DNA of 64,000 bases from Camelus dromedarius. Taxonomy: Eukaryota. The position numbers and the translations under genes are program-made. The notes below the pieces were generated by a model. That model was not told the origin of the DNA. It made no database searches and worked only from the letters and a program-made list of their open reading frames with translations. Positions 39,919 to 54,002 of this stretch are shown in pieces (the first letter of the stretch is position 1; each line of letters starts with the position of its first letter). Where the stretch lies: positions 44,704,001-44,768,000 of the forward strand of contig NC_087447.1 in assembly GCF_036321535.1 (NCBI RefSeq). Direction: 5' to 3'.

Positions 39919-42372
39919 AATGGGTTTCTATTTTTTCACATCTATACCGAGGAGTTTGAGCGAGTGGGTCCCAATCACATCCCTGACACAGAGAATAGAG
40001 ATATTTAAACTAAGATCAGGTCGCACCACCTTGGAGACATCATTCTGCATCCTTGCTCTCTTTTCTCATCCTTACTGGGGAAACTGCAATATGGCTTTTT
40101 CTGAGATACTCTGTGATCAAGGTCACACTGCTATACTTCCTGTCAATTGGGCTTTGTTGATTCAGGGCATTCTTCTGGGTTGCCCCAAGTTATTTTTACC
40201 CACCTCATGGGCTTCTATTTTTCAATATCAGCTAGTTCCTATGGCTTTTATACTTGAGGGTTTGGGGAGATCAGTGGAATAATCAGTGGCTTTATTGCTA
40301 AGTTTTAAGGTCCTCCTTGTTCTACATACCCAGAGAGGAATTTAGCAGGTCTTTGGAAAATATCTATCCACATAGTTCGTGTTTCCAGATGCACTGGACT
40401 CCCTTAGCACCATTCCTCAAGGCTGGTGATTCTTTCCTAGGCTTCGTGTAGCAGGTATTTTTGACTGACTATCCCTAGCAATACTCAGATGCTTTACATA
40501 CATATCCACCTTTCCACCCATACCACCCATATGCTCCTAGGGAAGCTGACCACACCCTGCCCTAGAAGTGGGCCTAATCTGTCAAAAGGTAATTAGTTAT
40601 CAGCTCTCTTGTCAGTGATGGGTTGAGGAACTCAGGCTTAAGCCCACCAATGCATAGCCACAGAATTTAGTTTTGGAATGGCCATTTAGCTCAGTGGCAG
40701 GCCAGTGGAAAAATTCTAGGGGGGCTTCTGGGGAATAAATGTCTGCAATTTTAAGACAGACTCCTCTTTTCTCTTGGTCTTGTGCTGAGATGTGAGGCCT
40801 GGAACCTCTGTAACCACCCTGCTCCCAGCCTGGAAATGAAGCTGACACCTGTAGAGGGCATAGCTGAGAGAGCTGTGCCTGACCTACACTTCATCACCAC
40901 TCTACAATGGTCTTTTTCCACTTATGTTTGGATTGGATTTTCTATTTCTGACAACTGTTTGAATTAGGTTCTCTGTTCTCTTAGTTTGAAAGTATTTCAA
41001 CTGGCCCACCTGATGGGTCTCTCTGAGCAAACATAGACCCACTGGAGGAGATGGTGAATCCCACTAGGCTCCCAAGGGGCCGAGGGGTCAGACTCTATGA
41101 CCCTGTATTTGGAGAAGTCAGTCATCAACTTAGCATCACCAGACTTCTAGCAAGAGCTGCTCATTATCTACTGTACTTCTGTGTAAATCAGATCTCAGGT
41201 CCTTTCAGGCCTGTGTAACTCTCCCCTGAGAGGCAGTTCCTTCCACAATTATCGGGTGGCCCCCACAGACTGGGTGAGAAGGAGAGAGAACATCAGGACC
41301 AAAAGACTGCCTGGGCTTCTGTGCCTGGCAGTCAGTGTACCAGGTGTTGCTGAAGAATCAGGCACGCGGTTCTCCAAACTGATGACGTAATAAATTCACG
41401 ACCCACATCATTAAGAGAATCCTCTTTGCCCACTCTCTTCCTGTCTCCTCAATTTGCCTCAGTCTCAGCAGACAGTCTCACCTATTTCCAGAGGGGGGAA
41501 AATATCAGGCGGAAGCCACAACCAGGCTCCAGGAGAACAAAGACATTCAGAACCTACTCTAACCCTTTTAAAGATTTCACAGGAAAGGCGTCCTGCTTGC
41601 TCTCCAAGCTTAGGGTGCAGGAGCTAGGCCCTGATGGGCTCAAAGGGAGGGAGGGAAGAGAACTAAAGGAAAGAAAACAGGGTAATGCTAACCAACAGCA
41701 GGAACTAGAGAAGCAGGAAATGAGGCCTGTGGCCAGACCCTGCGGATGACTGTTAGGAAAATACCAGAGGATGCCTCCCCACCCTCGCTGCCCCTCCGCT
41801 GTCCACATTACGTGGCTTGCTGGATCAGAGTGAGGCCTCGGACCTAAGCAGTCTTAGGTCTGTCGTGGAACATTCCAGAGCCTCCCTGCCTGCCGCGCCC
41901 AGCCTGAGGGCGCAAACACAACCCTCTACGGCGTGGGAGGTCAGGGTAGGCGGCTGCGGAGGTCCCTTTGCCCTGCTAACATAGTTTCTCTGCCCACTCG
42001 ATGCACACGACAAAATTTTCCATGGCTCGCCCTTTGCCGTGGGAAGAGTACTTTCCAGAAAGAGGCACACCAGGGAATTGGAGTGGAGGAGGGGAACTCA
42101 AACTCAGAGAGTTTGCCGGGCGGGGTGGGGCGGATCCTGGGCCAACCTGCTTCCTCCTGGGTCCCCGGGGCGGGGCGGCAGGAGGGGGAGCGCTTCCAAA
42201 GGACCCCAACGCCGACATCCCGCCCCCTGCCCTCCCTCCCTCCCGCCGCCCGGGAAGCCCAACTCCGCCTGCCTGAGTCACGGCCGGAGCTGGGGAGGAG
42301 CCGGGAAAGGCAGCCCCAGCCCAGAGCGCAGCCGGCGGCTGCGGGGAGAGCCAAGCGGGGCGGTCGGGGGTC

Positions 42373-42756
42373 ATGGGGGAGAGTGCGCTGGAGCCGGGAC
42401 CTGGGCCCGGGCCGCCGACAGGGGGCCCGGTGCACGCGGTCACCGTGGTGACCCTGCTGGAGAAGCTGGCCACCATGCTGGAGGCGCTGCGCGAGCGGCA
42501 GGGGGGCCTGGCTCAGAGGCAGGGCGGCCTGGCCGGCTCCGTGAGCCGCATCCAGAGTGGCCTGGGCGCGCTGAGTCGCAGCCACGACACCACGAGCAAC
42601 ACGTTGGCGCAGCTGCTGGCCAAGGCGGAGCGCGTGGGCTCGCACGCGGATGCTGCCCAGGAGCGCGCCGTGCGCCGCGCCGCCCAGGTGCAGCGGCTGG
42701 AGGCCAACCACGGGCTGCTGGTGGCGCGCGGGAAGCTCCACGTTCTGCTCTTCAAG
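42373..42756 (+). CDS. CAVIN3: Caveolae-associated protein 3, coding exon 1 (128 codons)
   Basis: MGESALE...[20 protein letters not shown]...[19 protein letters not shown]...KLHVLLFK is the Cavin HR1 region; donor AAG|gtcagt at 42757, phase 0. Confidence 0.97.
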
Positions 42757-43324
42757 GTCAGTGACCTGAGGCGTCCCCCTTAATCCGGGTCCTTTTCCCG
42801 CCTGCGGGCCACCATCGCGGGACTCCCCGTCCCATCTGCCCACCACACCCACATTCCTGACTCCACCCTCCCCCGCCTCGTAGAACCCACTTCCAGGGCC
42901 TCACCCACTTCCCACAGCCCAGCCCCAGCCTTCCCTCACACCCGGAACCCAGCATGGCCAGTCCCAGCCCCCTAGCTCTAGCTCTGGCCACGTCCCCAGA
43001 GGTTGCTCCAAGTCCCAGCCCATCCCCGAAGGAAAATAACGGTGGTGGAAGTGCATCCCGGGACAGTTCGCCGCCGCCTCCTGTTCTTGCCCTGCGGCCA
43101 CTGCCCCGTCTCCTGCCCCTAATCGGGACCCACAAACTTCTGTGTAGCTCCCCCTCTCTCACTCCGCTCCGCTCCCTACTCTCCCACGCCTGCCTTTTCT
43201 TTCTCATCCCGACTGCGGAGGCTCAGGTGGGGCGGGTTCCCCTGATGTAATTGAGGAGTGAGGCGCGGGCTGGTGCGGGATGGGGCGGGGCTGCCAGGGT
43301 CAGTGCTATGTCCGTCACTTGCAG

Positions 43325-43726
43325 GAGGAGGCAGAAATCCCAGCCAGAGCCTTCCAGAAGGCGGCGGAGCCCTTAGGCCCGGCGGAACAGGCCGAAGCTG
43401 GCCCAGAGCAGCCGGAGGCCGAAGTTGAGGAGAGCTCAGACGAGGAGCCCGTGGAGTCCAGGGCGCGGCGCCTGCGGCGCACCGGGCTGCAGAAGGTCCA
43501 GAGCCTGCGAAGGGCCCTATCTGGCCGTAAAGGCCCTGCTGCGCCAGCACCCACTCCTGTTAAGCCACCTCGCCTTGGGCCTGGCCGGAGTGCCGAGGGC
43601 CAGCCCGAAGCCCAGCCTGCGCTGGAGGCCAAGCCAGAGCCAGAACCTCCACGAGATACCGAGGAAGATCCCGGGAGATCTGAGGCTGCCGATGCGGCTG
43701 TGCTTCAGATAGAAAGTGCGGCCTGA
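43325..43726 (+). CDS. CAVIN3: Caveolae-associated protein 3, coding exon 2 (133 aa + stop)
   Basis: Acceptor cttgcag|[15 protein letters not shown]...[35 protein letters not shown]...ESAA*; spliced total 261 aa, as for human CAVIN3. Confidence 0.97.
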   Translation, partial: EEAEIPARAFQKAAEPLGPAEQAEAGPEQPEAEVEESSDEEPVESRARRLRRTGLQKVQSLRRALSGRKGPAAPAPTPVKPPRLGPGRSAEGQPEAQPALEAKPEPEPPRDTEEDPGRSEAADAAVLQIESAA

Positions 43727-43922
43727 GGGCTGGTGCCGCCGGCCTCCCCCGTGCCTATGCCTGGTCCCACAGTAAATCTTCCTCTCCGAATGCAGCATTC
43801 CCACCCAAATAAGGAGTGAATCCTGCATCCACAGCCCAGCTCTGGCCCTCCCTTCCCGGCTTCTTCAGCCCAGCACTCTCTGAAAGAGGAACAGCCACTC
43901 ACACCTGCTTGCACTCACCATC

Positions 43923-43928
43923 AATAAA
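43923..43928 (+). terminator. CAVIN3 polyadenylation signal
   Basis: AATAAA about 200 nt after the stop codon. Confidence 0.75.
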
Positions 43929-44270
43929 AATAATGTCATCGTATCCAGACTCCATGTGAAGGGGCTGGGATGGGGGGAGGTGGTGCAAGGAACAAGACAC
44001 GATGGAACCTCGAATGTGGCTTCAGTTTCAAACAGATCATTGCATGATTTCTCCATTTCCCACTGAATCCGGGTCTCAACTCTGGTGACAGGGCAAAGAA
44101 ATAGCCTCCGGCTTGCTCCTTAAGCACTTTCTTCCTAGGAAGATAGAGTTGCAGTTTTTTCCAACATCTGGCACAGGCTTTTGTTGTAGGGGCTCATTAA
44201 ATGTCAGCTTGTGTGTTTCCTTTTAGTCTCTTCTTCTCCCACCTCTTAAAAGTTGGGGTTTCCAGGATTC

Positions 44271-44378
44271 TTTTTTTTTTTTTTTCTTTTTCTTTTTTTA
44301 ACGAAGGTACTGAGGAATGAACCCAGGACCTACTACATGCTAAGGATGTGCTCTACCATTAAGCTGCACCCCCTTCCC
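44271..44378 (-). mobile_element. tRNA-Ala-derived SINE
   Basis: SINE body with T tail, TSD ggtttccaggattc. Confidence 0.85.
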
Positions 44379-46779
44379 GGTTTCCAGGATTCTGTTCTTA
44401 CCCTCTTCTCATTCTGGGTAATTCCTCCATTAACACTCATTCCCAGGCCTCTCCTACCAGCCACCTATACCCTAGAGCACTGTCTTGAGTTGGATTTGGA
44501 AAGTATTCCACAGATCCAAAAGAAGCAGTCTGTATTCAGCCTTTAAGTTCAGTTTCTATTCAACTGCTATTTATTGAGCACTTACTATGTATCATTCAAA
44601 ACTGCTCCCCCTGTGTTTTCTTTACTGGTGAATGGTACAGTCATCCACTCAGAAACCTGGGAGTCCTCATTGGCTCGTTCTCCTCTCTCTCCCTCCCCTA
44701 CCACGTGGAAACAGTTACCCTATTGATAACTCTTTGATCTGTTCCCTTAATACCCATTGCCACTGCTCTAGTTCAGGCTTTTATCTTTCATCTGACCTTT
44801 ATTTGAACTGCCAGTCTGATCACATCACCCTCCTGATCCAGACCCTTCAAAGGCTCCCTGTCACCTTCAGAATAAAGTTCAAGATCTTGAATGTGTCCTA
44901 CAAGGCCCTTCATGATCTGGTCCCTGCCCATTTTTGTAGCCTCACCTCTTGCCACTTCCCCTTGTTCTGTTGAGTCACAGTGAGCTATGTGCTTTCACTG
45001 TCATTTCTAATGTCCTACAGAATGCAGCAAGGTATCCCTGTTTTAGGGCGAGATGCTTCTCTTCTTGCTCCCAAAGCATCAGTTGCACACCTTGGTGCTA
45101 ATTGCACTAATCGCAATTGTTTGAAATTACTCCCCCACCTCACCTCCAACTCCACTACATGTGGCTCCTTTGCAGTAGAGAATGTTTTGTTCACTTCCAT
45201 ATTTCTCATACCTAATACCATGCCTGGTGCACAGTAGGTCCTTTCGAAGCATGAGCATCACCAAACGGAGAAGGGGGAGGGGGTTGGCTAGGGACAGGAG
45301 CACCGTTACCCACCCATTCACTCAGTCGTTGTAGAAAACATTTTGAGTACCTGTTGTGTTCCGGGCCCTGTGGTAGCTCCTGTGAACACCAAGATGACAA
45401 TCCCTTCTGAGGCTTTCAGGGACCTGAGAGTTTAGGGAGATACAAACATATAATGAATGATGTAAGTTCAGTGAAACACATAGGTTATTTTGAGAGGAAA
45501 GGGGAAAGGGGCACAACCTAACCTGAAGGAGAAAAAGAACGAATATTCTTGGAAAAGGTAAGTAGTGGGATGGGAAACAGGAATGGTGAGGGACAGCAGA
45601 GCTCGGTGGCTGGTAGTGTGGGTGCTCAGTTCCCTCGTCTACCAAAGCGGGTAATGATAGCCCACTGGGCTGGTGTGAGGGTTAAATGATGTAAGTGCCT
45701 AGCACAGTGCCTGGACCCTAGCTTATTTCAGGTATAGAATTCATTGGTCCACTCATTTGACAAATACACTCCGAGTGTCTGCCAGGAACTATTTTAAGAA
45801 CTGGGCGTACAGTGGCACACAAGAAAGATAAGAACCCTGCCTTCGTGGAGTTAAATTCTAGTAGGGAAGATAGGCAATAAGCAAATACACTTATATGTCA
45901 GATAGAAAAAAGTAAACATATGAATTAGAATGGCCTTCTGGTTACAGGCTCTGAAGAGAAGAAAAGTTTACAGATAATTACTGAGAAGGAGGAGGACTTT
46001 AGATGAGGACATTGGGGATTTAAAGTGGGACCAGAGTTCAACAGTGATGTTTTAAAAGAATTTTCACAGATTCAATCAGAGGAGTCCAAGCCCCCAGCTG
46101 TCACGATTGGTGGGACGTCTGTTATCAGTCACTTTAGGGCTCCTCCCCTTCCTTAGATTGCACAGTTGTACCAGGGGGTTCACACCATCTCTGTTTCTCA
46201 GACTGGATATCTCCACTGCTATTGCTCCTTATGACCACACGATGCCACTGTTGGGGTACCAGTGTCCCGGCTGGTGCCTCAGCTAACAGCCAGGAGGTCT
46301 CCCTGTCCAGCTGTGTGCCCTGAACCAGAGGTCCTTCCTGGTGGGTGGCTCTGCAGTTGCTCCATTTCCTTTTGAGAAATGTAGGGCTTCTTCTGCAGGC
46401 TTCTAAGCCTTCGTGCCCAGACCATGTCAGCTTCCCAGCAGCCACTCCTCCTAGGGTTCTGCCGTCACAGAGAGGCTAGTCTGAGCAGGCTCAGTTCTCT
46501 ATCCCCAAAGAAAAATAAATGTATTCCATTTCCAAAGGCTTGGAAACCCAACTCTTTCCTTTCAACCCACACACAACATTAAGAACCCAAAGGCATATTT
46601 CTCACATAAATTGTCTCGATATCTCATTGAGAAGCACATGAAGGCTTAAGAGGTCCTGGACACTAACCCCTAGGACCCCAATGTTTTGGCTAACTTGGGT
46701 GGGGAGGTGTTACATTTTTATTCCTTCCTGATGCATCTACAGTTGCAAATAATAAAAATAAAGTAAAAAAAGTGACAGA

Positions 46780-46852
46780 GGAGGTACTGGAGATTGAACC
46801 CAGGACCTTGTGCATGCTAAGCCTGTGCTCTACCTCTGACCTATACCACCCC
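46780..46852 (-). mobile_element. tRNA-Ala-derived SINE
   Basis: ggaggtactggagattgaacccaggaccttgtgcatgctaagc. Confidence 0.8.
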
Positions 46853-49800
46853 CAACCTGGTTATAAGGATTAAATGAGGTTTTTCACGCACTCATTCATT
46901 CATTTGATATTTGCTGTGCTAGGTGACGGGGCTGGATGGTGTGTTACAGAGACAAGGATGCTACCCCTGTGGAACTTACATTAAACTGGAAATTGTAATA
47001 AAGTTTTAAATGAGTGCTATGTTGGGGGAAATATGAGTTAACCACTGGAGCACAGAAATGGGGCCCCAAATACAGTAGGAGTGGCAGTAATTGCAGAAGA
47101 GCTCTCTGGAGGAGAAACCATTTTCCCTCCAATCTGATTCCCTCTCCTATTTGTTTTCTATTCTGTTATATTATTTTTTTCTATGTAAGTTTTGCAAGTG
47201 ACTTTTTAGAATGACCTGATATGTGATTAAAACAATACAGTCATCTGAGTATCTGACTGTCACATTAAATCAACGCATCCAAAAAACTGTGGTCAGCTTC
47301 TCTCAAAAGTCATGATTTTTCTGTTAATCACCCTTCATAGTGTTACACCGAAGACCTGACCTTCACCCCCCACTCCAATCCCTACATCCAATGAATCACT
47401 AAGTCCTGCAGATTCTTATGAATATTTCTCTCATAAATAGCTAATAAACTTGGGGTCATTATAAAGATCTGAGAAGAAACCCCACTTGGGAAGGCAGGAT
47501 CAGGAAATGGAGAGGAGTTGAATACTGCACTTTTCTCTTGGGCATAATGGAGCTGTTCATACTACCTACCTGGTAGGTTTGCTGTCAGTTGAGTGGGTGG
47601 ATTCACATAAAATGCTCAGAATAGTGCCAGGCATCTAAGAGCCTCACGTTCATCATAGTTTGGTTATGGTCACTTGATCCCTAAATTCAGTCAGTCCCGA
47701 GACCAGCTTTTACCAAGGACATTTTCATTTACGTGAACTAATAAATATGCCTTTTGCTTAACCTCGGTTTTATGTTTTTTTTTTTTTTTTTTTACGCATT
47801 TGATTTTCCAGGCAGCTGAAAGATTCCTAATAGACACAGTCCAGTTGGCGCTGGAACCAACGTGGAAGGCAAGGGCAACGTTTCATCCTTGTATTCCCAG
47901 CACTTAGCGCAGGGCCTGGCACAGAGTAGGTGCTCACTGAGTATTTGGAGAATTAGCACATTTATTCCAGTGAGGTGCTAGGGACACAAGGACAAACAAG
48001 AACCTGCCCTGAAGGAGCTGGCTCACAGCTGAGCCCTGTTTGTGGTCCTTCTGTGAGCTCTGTTGTGTCCTCCCAGGGGGACTAAGGCTTAGCAGAGACA
48101 GAGCCTGGGACCCACAATCCTTCCTGGGCCCATGACAATGCTTTAATTTTTTTTTTAAATCAGAGGGAAAAGAAAAACTTTTTGGTAACAGAAGCATTTT
48201 AATATATGATATTAATACAGTCATTATATAACATGGTTATGAAATATAACTAAATACTTGGTTACCAGGGTGGGGAGCAAGGGAATTGGAGGAAAGTGGT
48301 CAAAAGGTACAAACGTCCAATTATAGATAAGTACCAGGGAGGTAATGTACAACATGAAAACTATAATTCACACTGCTGTGTGTTAAATCTGAAAGAGAGT
48401 AATCCTAAGAGTTCTCATCACAAGAGAAAATCATGTTGTACACCTTAAATGGTTACAGTATTGTGTGTCAATTATATCTCAATGAAACTGGAAGAACATT
48501 TTTTTTTCCTTTTTTTTTACAGAGGAAGGAGCCCATGAGGGCAAAAGCACCCAGAGCCCACAGAAGTCATAATGCAGCCTGGCTCCTTCTGTCTCCCCTC
48601 TATCTTCTTCCTCTGTGGAGTTTTCATGATTTGCTTTTCCCTCTCACACTCATCCTTGCATATTTCATCTCTCAATTTGATTCTAATTTTCTCTGTAGTC
48701 GGACACATAATTTCTACATTCTTTGGCTAATACTGACTTAACCTCAAATACTTTTCTATGAAGAAAGCACTGGGTCCACCTTACGACAGTCCACTCCCCC
48801 GGCCTGCCCCCAGGCCCTTGGCCACTACCCTCAGAATTGCCACATTTGTCTCATCTCCCAGCACTGCCCACTGTCCTGGCCCCTGGGGGCAGGGGCCGGG
48901 CTTTGGCCGGAGCTCCATTGCTCCAGCCACCGCAGGAGGAATTAACAACGCAGAGTTTTTCTTCTGCTCCCAGAAATTGCTTGCTGCAAGATGGTTGTCT
49001 CTTTGATTTCTCTGTCGCCTCTGCAAGTTCTACTCTGTATAAGCATCAAACTAGTTTTAAGGAGGCTCAGCCCAACAGCCCATGGACTCTTCTCATTGCT
49101 ATAAGCCAAATTACGTTTCCTCTGCGCTTCAGCAAGTGTGCGTTCACCCTGTGTTCTGCCGACTCTGCGCCTGTCTTTGTCTTTGTGATTTGCTGTTGTG
49201 ACTATCCTGGCTTTGATCTTCACTGCTGTTGGCAGCACTTCCTACGTGTGGTTTGGGCTTTCAGATGTTTCCTAGTTTCATCAAAGATGGATGGAGTTTG
49301 CATTTATGCTCCTCTCTCCTACTTTAGGATTTTTTCCAAGATGATGAGATGACAAGAAAAATGCACAGGCAGAGCAAATGTGGGGCATGTGTAACAAACA
49401 CGCATCATTTCCCTCCCCACGGTTTAAGGAACTTAAAATTGATTTCATAGAATATAGATCCAAACAGGATGTAGGAATCATCCGAATGTAACACAAATAT
49501 CTCTGAAAATGAAAGGAAAACATGATTTCATCCAGGGGACTGCTGGCATCATAAAGCACCTAGCTCCTGATGCGGCATTCTCATCCAACTAATAGAGCAT
49601 AGTAACTAGTAGATATTTCAGACAAACATGTATTGACAGAATTTTATCTAAAATCTCTAGCCTTTACAATTTTGGGAGATTAAAGTATAGACTTAACTTT
49701 TCCTTAGAGTCATCACTTGAACCTGCTTACTTCTTTCAGACACTCACACACACTTTAAAACACGTCAATATTTATGTTAGTTGAATAGCAGTTTCTTGGG

Positions 49801-52800
49801 AGACGTTTGGAGACCTCTCCCTGTCTATACACATGTGCATATATATGCCCATCTGCATATATGTGAACACACATACCCACATATATTATATATATATATA
49901 CATATGCAAATGCACACATGTATTTTTTACTTCAGCATTGTATTTCATAAATTTCCAAAAACCAGTTAGGAATGTCAAGTTACAACTAAATTAATATAAC
50001 ATTAAAACACACTCAAATCATACTAAAAATTATTAGAGAAAGAAATAAAAGTACGTTTCTGAAAACTTAAATGAGCACGTTTGTGTAGAACTATATCTAT
50101 ACATCCGGCTAATTTTCACAAAATCAATTCACAAAAGATATCTAAGTTTTTATCTCATGTTATCATTTACATTTAGTTCACCAAATATCAAATGAGATAT
50201 TGTAAATTTTTTATTTAAAAGCAAATAGAAAACATTTAGATAATTTGCGTCATAAGAAATTTTGGTCATTTCAGCTTTAGTATAAATAACAACTGGCTCT
50301 TTGCATGGATTAAAATATGTCCTTTCCATATCCTCCAAATGAGTTTTCTATAATAATTTTCTTCTTTACGACAGAGATGAAACATGCAGCCATCTTTCAG
50401 AATTAAGGCTCATAAATGACTTATTTCACCAATAAACATTTTCTGTTTTAGTTAGCAATATCAAGTTAGGAAATGCCACATTGAGAGAGAATACATCTTT
50501 TAGTTCTACTATATTATATACTTTTACTGCTATATTTCTGGGTTTAAGACAAAACATTTAGAATAAAAGTTACCAAAGTTGGAATTGTACAAATTAATTC
50601 AAGAAATGTCATATAGGAATTTTACTGAAATGGGAGCTCTGATGGATTTCCTCTCCTTCTTGATTCAGAAGCAGCTGTTTCTAGGTAGAATGTTTAACTG
50701 GCTCAAAAGACTCCATCCATTCTCGGCTCTTCTAGAGTTTCTGTGTGGGAGAAACTTCTTGACAGTTGTTTGGGTGTATTTCGTTTTAAGTATCTTTATT
50801 TTTTCCCCCAATATATTGCTTGTTTCAGTCTATCAAGATCATAATTATCCCTGAAAGAGAAAATTCATGAAAAAAGCTATTCTGAACAAAAAAGTTATGA
50901 CTTTAGACATGATTTAACTCATGGTGGCAAGTTCCTTTCCTTGAATGGAGTCCATCTTATTGCAGCATACTTGAGAACCATAGATCATTTTGTGATACAT
51001 GATGCTAATAGTAAAAAAAAGTTTTCACCAGTAAATCGCACATTTAACTAGAACTGATAAAATTTGTAACTTCTCAACTTCTCACACATGTAACTCACAC
51101 ATTTGTTCCAGTCAAAATGCACTCTTCAAAAAATAAGTTTCAAAAAGGAGTTTCTCATATTTATGAATGGAAATTTCATGTTCCCAATTAACTATTTTCA
51201 AACATTTGCTTAGAAGGCATCTATTTAAGCAAACATATTTGGGAAATAGTATCTGAATAACCCCTCCTGTCCCCAATACCTGGAAGACATTCCTTTCCTC
51301 CATGGGCAGAAAGATTAAACATAAGCATTTCAAACGGAATAATTCAGAGCTAAAAGCTTCAATTTACAATCAGCACAGGTATAAGTGCTTACAGCTTCAG
51401 TGTTTTGTTTCCAGTCTCCACTGTCCTCTCTCACATCTAAAACCTTGACTTCTATCCAATTTCCTTTGCTAAATTCAATTTTTTCATTATTTCTGATCTT
51501 CTCTATTCTAAAATTGACACATAGAGGGATGTTTTACATAAAGTAGGAATTACCTCTTTGATTTGATAGACTTTGCATTTAAAATTTGCAGAACATGATG
51601 TGGACCTCAGGTAGTTGATGCCCCAGGGATACACTAAGGGATCAGAGAACAGAGACAATATTAGCAAAAGGGAAAAAACCCAAATGGTATCCTTTAGGGG
51701 AAGTCCTTAAAAGATGGTGTCACCACCTGGCAATCTCATGGGAGAACAGGTTTTGGCACTGGGGACTTGCTGATCCCTAGATGACGGTACAGACTTCACA
51801 GAGGTAAAAAGTGTGGCAGGCGTGAGATACATCTGTAGAAGAGTGAAAAACTGACCCCCACCACCAAAGCAGCCTCCTTTCTGATCAGTGAACAGGTGAT
51901 AAATATTGAACATACTAATGCAAAGGGACCTTTACATGTCTAGACAAGGAAGTCCATGATGATGGTCACTATTCAGTATTATTCTGGAGGTTTTACTCAA
52001 TGTAATAAGGTAAGAAAAATAAAAATAAAAATAAAAATAAAAATGTGTAAAATATTGAATATGTTAATGTGTGAAAAGATGTCACTGATGTTGTTAACTT
52101 AGAGAGCAAATGTAGAACAGTATGAATTTTGTGATTCCATTAAAAACATATGAGTATATAAAGCATATAACATCTATGCCATAGAAAACTATCTACTTTT
52201 TGGTAGTGGGATGGAGAAAGAAATATTTTTAATTTTCTATACTTCTCTAATTATTTGCATTTATGAATATGCATTACTTTTGTTAATAAAAAGGAGTAAA
52301 CTTTAACTCAGAACCACTCAGGCTATAAGTAAAATAGCTCTCTATTTCTTTCTTTTAAACATATAAATTACTTCATATAATCATTATCAAAACAAAATTA
52401 TATATTTCTTGATCAAACTGTGTGTCTAGTTCACAGCAGAAGTATGAGCAGAAATCTTGAATTAAGAATTATGTAATTTTTTTCTTTGTTTAAATTTTGG
52501 CTTTTCTTTCTTTCCTTTTTCTCTTGTGACTATTATCATATGTAGGGCCCAGGAAAATTTTATTATAAAGAGTTAAGCAATGAGCAGAGGAGATATGTAC
52601 AAAGGAAAATACAACATTCACAATTATGAAATTTTATTCAGCTGTCAAAAATGATTCTATAAGATAACTTTATACAAGAAAATTCTCAAAATATAGTGGT
52701 TAAAATATCAGAAAACCAAACCATTTATGCAGTAGGATCCCAGCTATGTTTTAAAATTAAAATCTGCCTAAGAGAGAAAAGACTAGGCTAAAATGTTAAC

Positions 52801-53620
52801 AGTGATAAGAGGACAGGTCACATATTTTCTTCTTTATACTTTTTTTCTTAGTTTCCAAGTCAAGTCATTTTTTGCAATGAGTAAATATGACTTTGGTGAC
52901 TAGAAAAAAGTCAATAAAAATGTGAAACAACAATACAGTATAGATTCAAGTAAATAAAAGTCGTCAGAAATGAGAATGTAATTTACAAGTGTAATGTAGA
53001 GGTAGAAAGATGGAGGCAATTCTATGCTGACATGTGGAGAATTCAGAGAAAAGCTGAAGAGACTCAGTTTAGTAAGAGTGCCTCATCTGATTTACAGGAA
53101 ATAGTGTCTTGAGACTGTAACTTTATTTTGCCAGCATCCAAATCAAGTGCTTTCAGATTGTGCTGAGAAGCCCCAAAATGCAAAAGATAGATAATCTTTG
53201 GTTAGAGCTCAAGTCTCTGCCAGCAGTCATTCCTCCCTTGACAGAGCTTTAATGATGGAGCACTCCTACATTCCAGCTGGGCAGGCTCATCTCCATGTCA
53301 GCACACAGAGGAAAATAAAACTGCAGGCATCTGACTTACTCAGAGAGAGCTAAAGCTAAATAAAGAGGTGACATGGTTGGGGTGGGCGGTGATGGCATGG
53401 ATCCTAAGCACTGGCTTTTAAGACATGAATACTTATTCTGCACAGAGTATCTACAAACCAGGGCAATGTCTGAACAGACAGAATGAAAAGACAGGCATCT
53501 TCGCTGGGGAAAAATAAGACAAGATGGCCACACCCTATATAATCATCAACCGCTTTTTTTTTTTTTTTTCAGCCTACAGCATTTTAATTTTAGAAGGACT
53601 CTTTTTACTGTTGGAACTCA

Positions 53621-53765
53621 CTTTTCTTTTCTTTTCTTTTCTTTTCTTTTCTTTTCTTTTCTTTTCTTTTCTTTTCTTTTCTTTTCATTAAATGGAGGTA
53701 CCGCTAATTGGGATTGAACGCAGGACTTCGTGCATGCTAAGCACATGCTCTACCACTGAGGTGTA
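53621..53765 (-). mobile_element. tRNA-Ala-derived SINE with (CTTTT)n tail
   Basis: (CTTTT)n at 53621-53685 followed by an antisense SINE body. Confidence 0.85.
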
Positions 53766-53886
53766 CTGTTTGTCTTGTCTTGCTTTCTAGGGTGCATAGA
53801 AAGCTGACGTTCACATGCTGCTGTTCATTTACAGCTTATTGTAGAGAAAAAGAAACAGTCCTTACAGAGGCTTGGTGCCTAGTGGG

Positions 53887-54002
53887 ACCAGGATTACCAA
53901 CCCATCCTGGTCTGCTCAAGACTGTCCCTGTTTTAACACCAAAAGTCTCCTGTCCCAAGAAACCATTCAGTCTCAGGCAAACTGGGATGGTTGGGTACCC
54001 TA
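53887..54002. mobile_element. MER81-like hAT MITE
   Basis: Imperfect terminal inverted repeats accaacccatcctggtctg / caaactgggatggttgggtacccta. Confidence 0.65.

Larger units (their letters stand above)
41800..43750. promoter_or_regulatory. CpG island / CAVIN3 promoter
   Basis: High GC and CpG density; GC box near 42166, AP-1 site TGAGTCA at 42274-42280; no TATA box seen. Confidence 0.85.

Noticed and set aside
41941..42852. 303-aa minus-strand ORF and other long ORFs over the CpG island
   Set aside because: Shadow ORFs of the GC-rich CAVIN3 exon and promoter; no recognisable protein.
42954..43250. 98-aa ATG ORF inside the CAVIN3 intron
   Set aside because: Low-complexity Pro/Ser translation of C-rich DNA; no convincing splice pair.
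48837..49352. 171-aa + strand ORF
   Set aside because: Non-ATG start, no domain similarity, no supporting gene structure.
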